A stretch of 47,825 bases of DNA from Candidatus Limnocylindrales bacterium (GTDB lineage: Bacteria > Chloroflexota > Limnocylindria > Limnocylindrales > CSP1-4), in assembly GCA_038252055.1 (NCBI GenBank), contig JBBSAS010000001.1, positions 1 to 47,825 on the forward strand. Reading direction: 5' to 3'. A program made the translations under genes and the position numbers. The stretch's first letter is position 1. Each line of letters begins with the position of its first letter. This document shows, one piece after another, positions 26,671 to 34,288 of the stretch. Under the pieces are notes generated by a model. The model searched no databases. It was not told where the DNA came from and worked only from the letters and a program-made list of their open reading frames with translations.

Positions 26671-26938
26671 GAGGCACGCCTCGGCGATGCGCGAAGGCGC
26701 CCGGCCAATCCAGCCCCGGACGCGATCTACCGCCATGTCGGGCGGTCGCACGCGGCGCGAGCGCGCTCCCCGGGGCGCACCTGCCCGGCATGGCCGCGCG
26801 TCTCGCGGTCAGCCCCGCGGGGACACCGCGTGTTGCCGCTCGCGAGCCCGCCGGCGACGGGCGATGTCCCGGCGTCGCTCGGTGGCGCGGGTGTTCGCCC
26901 GGTCCTCCCCGTCAACCCGCCCGGCCGCAGGCACCGGG

Positions 26939-27721
26939 TTAGTGACGCCGACCCTCGCCCGCACCCTCGTCGCCGGCCCAGCCCGTGTTCGAGAACGTCG
27001 GGATGAACCGGTAGCCCCGCCCCGGGACCGTGGCGATGAAGCGCGGATGGCGGTAATCGTCCTGGAGCTTGACGCGCAGGCCGCGGATGTGGCGATCCAC
27101 GACGTTGCTCTCGGACACGAAGTCGGTGCCCCAGATGGCGTCCAGGATCTCGTCGCGCGTGACCACCTGGCCGGCGCGGCTCGCCAGCAGGTACAGGAGG
27201 CTCTGCTCGATGCCGCTCAGGTGGATGACCGAGGTGCCGGCCCGTACCTCGCGATTGAGAATGTCGATCTCCATCTCGCCCAGCCTGATCGTGGGGATGA
27301 TCGGGTGTTCGCGTCCGGTCGCGCGGCGAGTGAGGACGATGGCCCGGGCGAGCAGCTCCTCGGGCGAGAAGGGCACCGTCAGGATGTCGTCCACGCCCAG
27401 GTCGAATGCTTTGAGCTTGGTCTTGAGGTCGCCCCGACGAGTCAGACCGAGCACTGGCGTGGGGACCCGAGTCAGCTGGTTCGCGGCGCCGAGCCGCCCG
27501 AGCAGCGTCGTGCTGTCGTCGTGATCCATGTCGACCACGGCCATGTCTGGGTGCCAGTCGGCCAGGATCGTCTCCGCGTCGGCCAGGCTGCTGGCGGCCC
27601 GAACGACGAACACGCCGTGGTTGAGGGTCAGGGTGACGAGGTCCACCACGAGCGCGTGATCGTGCAACACGAGCGCGTGGCGCGCCGCGACTTCCGGGGC
27701 TGTCATCTGACTGTCGGTCAT
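26939..27721 (-). CDS. orphan OmpR-family response regulator with an atypical receiver
   Basis: The wHTH C-terminus (VVDRHIRGLRVKL...IATVPGRGYRF) is intact. In the receiver, the acidic pair is HD instead of (D/E)D, and the conserved Lys of KPF is Val (TVPF). The acceptor Asp (VVDMD) and Thr (GLT) are retained. No kinase gene is adjacent. Confidence 0.8.
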   Translation of the reverse strand: MTDSQMTAPEVAARHALVLHDHALVVDLVTLTLNHGVFVVRAASSLADAETILADWHPDMAVVDMDHDDSTTLLGRLGAANQLTRVPTPVLGLTRRGDLKTKLKAFDLGVDDILTVPFSPEELLARAIVLTRRATGREHPIIPTIRLGEMEIDILNREVRAGTSVIHLSGIEQSLLYLLASRAGQVVTRDEILDAIWGTDFVSESNVVDRHIRGLRVKLQDDYRHPRFIATVPGRGYRFIPTFSNTGWAGDEGAGEGRRH

Positions 27722-28007
27722 GACTCGTCCTCACTAGGGCAGCGCCCCGGCGGCGTGCCCGGGGTGATGTTACGACGGGGCGCCTCACTCGCGTTCGTTC
27801 GTGGCGTGCCCCGGAGCTCGTCGACCCCGACCGGCGGCGGGCTCGGGGCGGGCGAATGGCCGACCCTTTCTGCCGGAGTCGGGTGAGACCGTCTCGAGCT
27901 CCGACAAGGACATCCCGGGGGCGCATGGTCAACGGGCTCAGGTTGCGCGACGGCACCCCGCTACGCGGTGGCGGAAGCTCGGCGCTGACTGACATGGAGC
28001 GCTCCGA

Positions 28008-28025
28008 GTCATGACGGTCCGTCAT
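28008..28025 (-). promoter_or_regulatory. palindromic box H (perfect 18-mer, no -10-like hexamer at the family spacing)
   Basis: Lies 287 nt upstream of the regulator start at 27721 and 286 nt upstream of osmC. Box only. Confidence 0.45.
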
Positions 28026-28149
28026 CCGGTGACATCCGTCCAGGCAGGGGAGCTGCCACGTCGATCATCGTCCATTGCCCGCGCGATCGTCATCTCGGTG
28101 GACGCCGTCCCCCGCAGCGTTTCTCCCGCCCAGCGCGCCGCGCTGGCAC

Positions 28150-28181
28150 ACTTGCGCAACTACGCAAGTAGTCGCTATGCT
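28150..28181 (+). promoter_or_regulatory. candidate osmC promoter TTGCGC-N18-TATGCT with embedded inverted repeat ACTTGCG-N6-CGCAAGT
   Basis: Read directly. The inverted repeat spans 28150-28169 and the -10-like hexamer 28176-28181, about 130 nt upstream of ATG 28311. Confidence 0.35.
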
Positions 28182-28310
28182 GGCGTTGTTCACTGCTGCA
28201 GCCAGCCGGGAACAGGCCCGGCGCACAGCCCCGGCGCCGCTGATGTCAGAACGCGCGGCTCCGTGCCGGCTCGGACGCCGGGTCGCGCTCCGAAAGATGA
28301 GGTTCAGCCC

Positions 28311-28709
28311 ATGGAGATGATCATCGACTTCCCGGGGGGCGCGCGCGTCGACGCCCATTTCGGGCCCTTCGTCGTGCCCACCGACCAGCCCCCGACGGGC
28401 GGGGGAACGAGCTCGGCGCCGACGCCGTTCGCCACGTTCCTCTCGACGATCGGGACCTGTGCGGGCATCTACGTGCTCGGCTTCTGCCGGCAGAGGGGAA
28501 TCCCGACGGACGGCATCCGGCTCGTCCAGCGGATGCGGTCGGACCCGGCGACGGGGTTGGTGAGCGACGTCGAAGTCACGATCGAGCTTCCGGCGGGCTT
28601 CCCCGAGAAGTACGCTGACGCGGTGGTTCGCGCAGCCGAGCAGTGCGCCGTGAAGAAGCACTTCGAGCACCCGCCGGTGATCCGGGTGGAGAGCGTCCTC
28701 GCCGGCTGA
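28311..28709 (+). CDS. osmC: OsmC-family protein
   Basis: The internal ATG (MEMIIDFPGGARVDAHFG...) gives 132 aa. Contains APTPFATFLSTIGTCAGIYV and AAEQCAVKKHFE, typical of OsmC/YhfA-like proteins. Confidence 0.75.
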   Translation: MEMIIDFPGGARVDAHFGPFVVPTDQPPTGGGTSSAPTPFATFLSTIGTCAGIYVLGFCRQRGIPTDGIRLVQRMRSDPATGLVSDVEVTIELPAGFPEKYADAVVRAAEQCAVKKHFEHPPVIRVESVLAG

Positions 28710-28821
28710 GCGGCTCGCGGCGCGATCGGCGCTGAGCGTTGCGGCCCGCCAGGTCCGGCGCTGCGGCCCGCCAGGGCCCACGCTCGCGCCCCGGATCCGG
28801 CGATTCGGCGCCATCCGGCCC

Positions 28822-28850
28822 TTGCTCCTGCCGGGAGACGAGCAGATACT
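28822..28850 (+). promoter_or_regulatory. sigma70-type promoter TTGCTC-N17-GATACT for the anchor/PRC-barrel genes
   Basis: Read directly. It shares GATACTGGC with module D and serves as an internal control that nAnAnT hexamers act as -10 elements here. Confidence 0.45.
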
Positions 28851-28900
28851 GGCGAGGACAGCGCGGCACCTCGCGAATGGCCCCAGGTGAGGAGAAGCCG

Positions 28901-29152
28901 ATGGACATCGTCCCCGCGATCGTCATCATCGTGATCGTGGCGGCCGTCATTGCCGGCGGCGCGATCTGGTATCGGCGGCGCGCCCGGGCCGGCCGGATCC
29001 TCGCCTCCGGCGCGCGGACCGGAACGGCCGGCGTGGCGTCCCCAAGCACCGCCGCAGGAAGCTCCCCGTTGGGCGCCGGCAGCTCCCCGCCGGGAGGCGG
29101 GAGCGGCCCGCCGGGCGTCGGGAGTGGCCCGAACGACGGAGATGAGCCATGA
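28901..29152 (+). CDS. small single-pass membrane protein with a Gly/Ser/Pro-rich tail
   Basis: GAGGAGAA RBS. MDIVPAIVIIVIVAAVIAGGAIWYRRRARAG... Its stop overlaps the next start (ATGA). Confidence 0.6.
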   Translation: MDIVPAIVIIVIVAAVIAGGAIWYRRRARAGRILASGARTGTAGVASPSTAAGSSPLGAGSSPPGGGSGPPGVGSGPNDGDEP

Positions 29153-29772
29153 GCCTCGTCAGCCGCGCCACCGATCTCATCGGCCGGCCCGTCGTGACCC
29201 TCGACGAGGCCGTGGACATCGCCGAGGTGAAGGACGTCATCTTCGACCAGGCCCGCTCCGACGTGCGCGGCTTCACCCTGCGCGGCCGTGGGATGTTGGG
29301 TTCGCCCCACGCGGGGCTCCTCCCGATCGGCAACGTCGCGGCGATCGGGCCCGACTCGGTGATGATCGACACCGCGGAGGCGATTCTCGAGAGGGACGAG
29401 AGTCTCGAGCGCTCGAGCGAGGACGCTCGCGACGTCATCCACGATGAAGTGCTCACCGACGCCGGCCGGGTCATCGGCCGCGTCGTGGACCTCGTCATCG
29501 ACCTGGACGGGTCCGCCGCCGACGTGGTCGGCTACGAGATCGAGACGTCCGACGGCAGGCGAGCCCTCGTGCCCATCCCGGCCACGTTCTCCGCGTCCGG
29601 CGAGCGGATCGTCGTGCCGGCTGCGGTCGAACGCTTCGTGACCGACGACCTCACGGGGTTCGGGGCCGCGGTCGAGCGATTCCGGGCCGAGATCGCCGCG
29701 GTGCCCGACGACGTCGCGGCCGACGACGGGGCGCCTGCCGCGGAACCGCAGGACCACGAGGTGCCGAGGTGA
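29149..29772 (+). CDS. PRC-barrel domain protein (two barrels)
   Basis: LIGRPVVTLDEAVDIAEVKDVIFD... and VLTDAGRVIGRVVDLVIDLDG..VVGYEI are PRC-barrel-like repeats. Confidence 0.7.
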   Translation: MSLVSRATDLIGRPVVTLDEAVDIAEVKDVIFDQARSDVRGFTLRGRGMLGSPHAGLLPIGNVAAIGPDSVMIDTAEAILERDESLERSSEDARDVIHDEVLTDAGRVIGRVVDLVIDLDGSAADVVGYEIETSDGRRALVPIPATFSASGERIVVPAAVERFVTDDLTGFGAAVERFRAEIAAVPDDVAADDGAPAAEPQDHEVPR

Positions 29773-30275
29773 CCACGTTCGGGGAAGCGATCGGTCGCGC
29801 GGTGATCTCCCGCGAGACGGCCGAGCAGGTGGGCGTCGTTCGGCGGCTGCTCGTGGACCCGGCGAGCGGCCGGATCCCGCTCCTGGCCGTGGCGGACCTG
29901 CCCCGGCCGATCGTGACGCCGATGGCCGCCGGGCCGGCGGGGGCGGGCCTCATGGTGGACGTCGACGATGGCGAGGTGCCGGTTCTCCTGGACTGGGCCG
30001 ACGTCGTGGGCTTCGGGCCGGACGCGGTGCTCATTCCCTCGGCGGCGGCGATCCGGCCCGTCCGGACCGACGGCGAGCGCCAATTCGCGGCAGGCTTCGC
30101 CGACCTCACGGGGCGGCGGCTCCTCACCGCGGATGGCACGCTTCTCGGCCAAGTCTCCGACGTCGAGTTCGACGAGACGGCGGGAACGTTGATCGGCCTG
30201 CTGGCGGGCGACGTCCGGATCCCGGTCGATCGACTGGTGGCGGTCGGCCCGTACGCGGTGATCATCGCGGCGTGA
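29769..30275 (+). CDS. PRC-barrel domain protein
   Basis: GTGA overlap with the upstream gene. GRRLLTADGTLLGQVSDVEFDETAGTLIGLL is PRC-barrel-like. Confidence 0.6.
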   Translation: MTTFGEAIGRAVISRETAEQVGVVRRLLVDPASGRIPLLAVADLPRPIVTPMAAGPAGAGLMVDVDDGEVPVLLDWADVVGFGPDAVLIPSAAAIRPVRTDGERQFAAGFADLTGRRLLTADGTLLGQVSDVEFDETAGTLIGLLAGDVRIPVDRLVAVGPYAVIIAA

Positions 30276-30377
30276 CCCGGCGGCCACGGTGCTTCGCCGG
30301 CGCGCTGGCCCGAGCGGTGTCCGCAGTGGGCCGCGGAACAGCGCACCGGCCGCGCTGAGGCGTGGAACCGGGCGGTC

Positions 30378-30403
30378 GGAACCTGTACGCTGATCGAGGT
30401 GTT
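30378..30403 (+). promoter_or_regulatory. ECF SigR/SigH-type promoter candidate GGAAC-N18-GTT upstream of the SQR-like gene
   Basis: GGAACCTGTACGCTGATCGAGGTGTT, counted by hand. A second GGAAC lies 14 nt upstream. About 40 nt from ATG 30447. Confidence 0.3.
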
Positions 30404-30446
30404 TGGCCTGCCAAGAGCGGACCGGGAGATGGAATCGGAGCGTCGT

Positions 30447-31904
30447 ATGAGTCGAACGGTGATCCTCGGGGCCGGGATATCCGGCCACACGGCAGCCACC
30501 CGGCTGCGCCGGATGCTCGGGCGCGGGCACGAGGTGATCGTCGTCTCGCCGAACAGCCGCTGGAACTGGATCCCCTCGAACATCTGGGTCGGCGTCGGCC
30601 GGATGAAGGTCGGGGACGTCGTCTTTCCCCTGGCGCCGGTCTACCGGAAGCTCGGGATCACCTTCATCCAGGCGACAGCGACCGAGATCCATCCCGACGG
30701 GGATGGGGCCGACGCGACGCCGTTCGTCGTCGTCGAGCACACCGATGTGGAGCGTGCAGGCGAGATCGAGCGGGTCCCCTTCGACTATCTCGTGAACGCG
30801 ACCGGCCCGAAGCTTCGCTTCGAGGCCGTGCCGGGACTCGGGCCGGAAGCAAACTCCGTCTCGGTCTGCACGGCCGACCACGCCGCGGCCGCCGCGCGCT
30901 CGCTGGCCGAGGTCATCGCCCGGATGCGCGCGGGAGCCCGCCAGACCCTCGTCGTGGGGACGAGCCACGGCACCTGCACGTGCGAGGGCGCGGCCTTCGA
31001 GTACGTCTTCAACGTCGAGCACGAGCTGCGTCAGGCCCGGGTCCGCGACCGGGCCGACCTCTACTACCTCTCGAACGAGCACGAGCTCGGCGACTTCGGG
31101 GTCGGCGGCCTCCAGATGCAGATGGGCGGCTGGGTCACGCACAGCCGAATGTGGGCCGAATCGCTCTACGTCGAGCGCGGGATCAAGTGGATCATCGGGG
31201 CCCACGTCGAGCGGGTCGAACCGGGCGAGATCCTCTTCGAGACGCTCGACGGCGAGCACCATGCGCTCGCGTTCGACTTCGCGATGCTGCTCCCGCCCTT
31301 CGGGGGAGCCGGCCTTCGCTCGTTCGACCGTGCCGGAGCCGACACGACGGCCGAGCTCTTCGCCCCGTCTGGCTTCATGCTCGTGGACGGCGACTACGCG
31401 AAGAAGCCGTTCGAGGAGTGGCGGGCCGCGGACTGGCCGACCACGTACCAGTCTCCCCGGTACCCGAACATCTTCGCGGTGGGCATCGCGTTCGCCCCGC
31501 CGCACCAGATCTCGCGGCCGCACACGAGCCCGAACGGGACCCTGATCGCCCCCGCGCCGCCGCGGACTGGGATGCCGTCCGGGATCATGGGCCGCACCGT
31601 GGCCCGCACGATCGCGGACATGGCCAGGAAGGGCGGGTCGGCCCCGCCGCATCACGCGTCGATGGCCCGGATGGGCGCCGCGTGCGTCGCGTCGGCGGGC
31701 AGCGGCTTCTTCCGGGGATCGGCGGCCGCGATGACGATGTACCCGGTGGTCCCCGACTTCGAGCGCTACCCGGAGACCGGCCGCGACCTTGCGCTGACCT
31801 CGGGCGAAGTCGGGCTTGCCGCGCACTGGATCAAGCGGCTCCTGCACACCGGGTTCATCTACAAGGCGAAGGCCCGCTTCGGATGGCAGGTGATCCCCGA
31901 ATGA
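30447..31904 (+). CDS. sulfide:quinone oxidoreductase-like FAD-dependent oxidoreductase
   Basis: MSRTVILGAGISGH (GxGxxG), WNWIPSNIWV, GTSHGTCTCEGAAFEY. Length and pattern match SQR-type flavoproteins. Confidence 0.7.
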   Translation: MSRTVILGAGISGHTAATRLRRMLGRGHEVIVVSPNSRWNWIPSNIWVGVGRMKVGDVVFPLAPVYRKLGITFIQATATEIHPDGDGADATPFVVVEHTDVERAGEIERVPFDYLVNATGPKLRFEAVPGLGPEANSVSVCTADHAAAAARSLAEVIARMRAGARQTLVVGTSHGTCTCEGAAFEYVFNVEHELRQARVRDRADLYYLSNEHELGDFGVGGLQMQMGGWVTHSRMWAESLYVERGIKWIIGAHVERVEPGEILFETLDGEHHALAFDFAMLLPPFGGAGLRSFDRAGADTTAELFAPSGFMLVDGDYAKKPFEEWRAADWPTTYQSPRYPNIFAVGIAFAPPHQISRPHTSPNGTLIAPAPPRTGMPSGIMGRTVARTIADMARKGGSAPPHHASMARMGAACVASAGSGFFRGSAAAMTMYPVVPDFERYPETGRDLALTSGEVGLAAHWIKRLLHTGFIYKAKARFGWQVIPE

Positions 31905-32158
31905 GCACGCCGAGTGAACGCCCGGCCCGCCCCGCCACGGGGGCCGCGGAACAGGCCCAGGAGCCAGCGATGAGCATCCAGCCCGAGCCGGAGTCTGCCC
32001 CCGCACCGCGCAGCCCGGCCATCGCGTCCTCGACGAGCGACGCGCCGCGGCCGTCCCGGCGGACGCTCGCGATGCGGTCGTTCCTGCCGGTCCAGGCCTG
32101 GCGGTTCCTGGTCATCAACCTCCGCATGGCCCGGATCATCTTCAAGCCGCACGACTGA
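31901..32158 (+). CDS. small protein translationally coupled to the SQR-like gene (tentative)
   Basis: ATGA overlap at 31901-31904. A disordered Pro/Ala-rich N-terminus, then RSFLPVQAWRFLVINLRMARIIFKPHD. I recognise no family. Confidence 0.3.
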   Translation: MSTPSERPARPATGAAEQAQEPAMSIQPEPESAPAPRSPAIASSTSDAPRPSRRTLAMRSFLPVQAWRFLVINLRMARIIFKPHD

Positions 32159-32252
32159 CCCGGACGCCGGGGCGCGGGGGCCGCGAACGGCCCGGAGGCC
32201 GGCCCAGACCGGTCCGGACGACCTGCCCGCGACCCGTCCGGCGGGCGCAGCC

Positions 32253-33596
32253 TTACCCGGCGAGGAGTGGAATCCGCACCTCGAAGCGGGCTCCACGATC
32301 GGCGCGATTGGCGGCGCTGATCCGGCCGCCATGCTGCTCGACGATCCACGCGGCGATCGCGAGGCCGAGCCCGGTCCCGCCCGAAGGGGCGTCGTCGGCC
32401 CGCCAGAAGCGCTCGAAGACGCGGGGCAGGTCCTCGTCGCGGATCCCAGGCCCTTCGTCATCGACCCGGAGGACGGCCGTGTCGCCGTCCGGCTGCACGG
32501 AGACAATGACGGCCCCCCCGGACGGCGTGTGGGCAACGGCATTGTCGACGAGGATCGCGACGAGCTGGCGGAGGCGAAGGGCGTCGCCCCGAACCTCGGC
32601 GGGGAGCGGGTCCACCGTCAGCGCGACGCCTCGCCCCATAGCCACGGCGGTCAGGCCGCCGGCGGCCTCCACGGCGACGTCGGCGAGGTCGACCAGGGCG
32701 CTCTCGACCTCGATCGTGCCCGCATCGGTCCGGGCCAGGATCAGGAGGTCGTCGACAAGCGCCGTGAGGTGGGTGGTTTCGGCGTCGATGTCCTCGAGGG
32801 CGGTCCCGACCGACCCGACCGCCTCGTCGCGATTGCGCGCGAGGTCGGTGACGCTGGCGCGGATGACCGTGAGTGGCGTGCGCAGCTCGTGGCTCGCGTT
32901 GGCGGCGAACTCGCGCTGGCGCTGCAGGGCTGCCTCGCGGCGGTCGATCGCCGAGCGGATCGGGACGAGGGCCCGGCCGGCGTAGAGCCAGCCGGCGGCG
33001 ATCGCGAGGACGCCCGCCGCGAGGCTCCCGAGGACGAGGACCCCGAGGAGAACGGCGAGGAGACGCTGCTCGGAGAGCCGTTCTCCGATCACCTGGACCA
33101 CCCAGGTTCCGCCCCGGCGAGCGACGGCGATCGAGTAGACCCGGATCGGCGTCTCGTCGAGCGTCGCCGTTCGCGTGTCTGTCCCGCTCGAGGCCGCCCG
33201 GGCGGCCCGGACGGACTCGTCGATCGGCAGCTCCGTGGCCTCGTCGAGGCCGCCGAGGACCGATCCGTCGGGTTGCACGGCGAGGGTGATCGTCCCGGAC
33301 TGCTCGCCGCCGAAGGCGAGACCGAAGGGCGGCCGGTTCGGAAGGGGACCGGGGCGACTGACGACCTTGGCGACGTCCTCTGCCCGCTGACGGAGGATCG
33401 CCGTGCCGCTGGTTGCGAGCTGGCCCGCGACCGCCCCGTACACGAGGGCACCGAGCGCCAGCAGGATGACGAGCGTCAACCCACCGCTCCAGGCCATGAG
33501 GCGGACACGGGTCCGGCGCAGGAGGATGCGGTCGCCGGACCCGCTTCCCGCCGTCGGCTCGGCCCCGACTGGCGCGGCACCCGGCCGGCCCGTCAT
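32253..33596 (-). CDS. sensor histidine kinase (two TM segments, HAMP, HisKA, HATPase)
   Basis: ATG 33596 lies 1 nt after the RR stop. H box FAANASHELRTPLT, N box VDNAVAHTP, G boxes DDEGPGI and GGTGLGLAIA. Confidence 0.85.
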   Translation of the reverse strand: MTGRPGAAPVGAEPTAGSGSGDRILLRRTRVRLMAWSGGLTLVILLALGALVYGAVAGQLATSGTAILRQRAEDVAKVVSRPGPLPNRPPFGLAFGGEQSGTITLAVQPDGSVLGGLDEATELPIDESVRAARAASSGTDTRTATLDETPIRVYSIAVARRGGTWVVQVIGERLSEQRLLAVLLGVLVLGSLAAGVLAIAAGWLYAGRALVPIRSAIDRREAALQRQREFAANASHELRTPLTVIRASVTDLARNRDEAVGSVGTALEDIDAETTHLTALVDDLLILARTDAGTIEVESALVDLADVAVEAAGGLTAVAMGRGVALTVDPLPAEVRGDALRLRQLVAILVDNAVAHTPSGGAVIVSVQPDGDTAVLRVDDEGPGIRDEDLPRVFERFWRADDAPSGGTGLGLAIAAWIVEQHGGRISAANRADRGARFEVRIPLLAG

Positions 33597-33597
33597 C

Positions 33598-34266
33598 TCA
33601 GCGCTCCCGGACGCGGTAGCCGACGCCGCGGACCGTCTCGATCCACGCGGCCCCGTCGGGACCGAGCTTCGTCCGCAGCAGGTGGATGTAGGCCTCGACG
33701 GTGTTCGGGGTGAGGGCCGCACCGTACGGCCAGGCCTGGTCGAGCAGCTGGTCGCGCGAGAGGATCTGGCCCGGGCGGCGGAGGAGGCACTCCAGGATCG
33801 CGTACTCGCGCTGGCTCAGGTCCACGGGCCTCCCGGCGACGGAGACCCGGCGCTCGCTCTCGTCGAGGACGATCGGCCCGGCCCGCAGGGTGAGACCACG
33901 GCGCGGCGCCGGGCGGCGCCCGAGCGCCCGGAGGCGGGCGAGCAGCTCCTCGTAGGCGAAGGGCTTGACGAGGTAGTCGTCTGCCCCGGCGTCGAGGCCC
34001 TCGACCCGGGCCGTCACGGCGTCGCGCGCGGTGAGCATGAGGATCGGCACGGCCGAGCCGCGCTCGCGGAGCCGCCGGGCGATGTCGAAGCCGGAGCCGT
34101 CCGGGAGGCCGACGTCGAGGATGATCGCGTCCGGATCGGCTACGGCGGCGAGCTCCAGCCCGTCTGCCATCGTGAGGGCGCTGTCCACGACGTGGCGGTC
34201 CTGGGTCAGGAGGCGGGTGAGAAGGCGGACGAGCCGCGGGTCGTCCTCGACGAGGAGAAGGTGCAC
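33598..34266 (-). CDS. OmpR-family response regulator (canonical receiver)
   Basis: GTG 34266 gives VHLLLVEDDPRLV... with AIILDVGLPDGSG, LMLTARD, DDYLVKPF, and the wHTH TVRGVGYRV. Confidence 0.85.
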   Translation of the reverse strand: MHLLLVEDDPRLVRLLTRLLTQDRHVVDSALTMADGLELAAVADPDAIILDVGLPDGSGFDIARRLRERGSAVPILMLTARDAVTARVEGLDAGADDYLVKPFAYEELLARLRALGRRPAPRRGLTLRAGPIVLDESERRVSVAGRPVDLSQREYAILECLLRRPGQILSRDQLLDQAWPYGAALTPNTVEAYIHLLRTKLGPDGAAWIETVRGVGYRVRER

Positions 34267-34288
34267 GGAAGCTCCCGGGGGGTCGGGG

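Noticed and set aside
8868-28025. Recurring ORF starts MTVRH... / MTDRHD... in the ORF track (14801, 16181, 26656, 28011 on plus; 12528, 26551, 26727, 9444 frames).
   Set aside because: They arise because the palindromic box ATGACGG(A/T)CCGTCAT contains an ATG on both strands. Downstream peptide similarity is explained by the fixed-distance promoter hexamer, not by coding. The frames end quickly or are shadow-like.
32170-32200. GC hairpin GGGCCG-cgaa-CGGCCC between the convergent SQR-coupled ORF and the histidine kinase gene, as a bidirectional terminator.
   Set aside because: Short stem, no T/A tracts on either side. Plausible, but not supportable from sequence alone.
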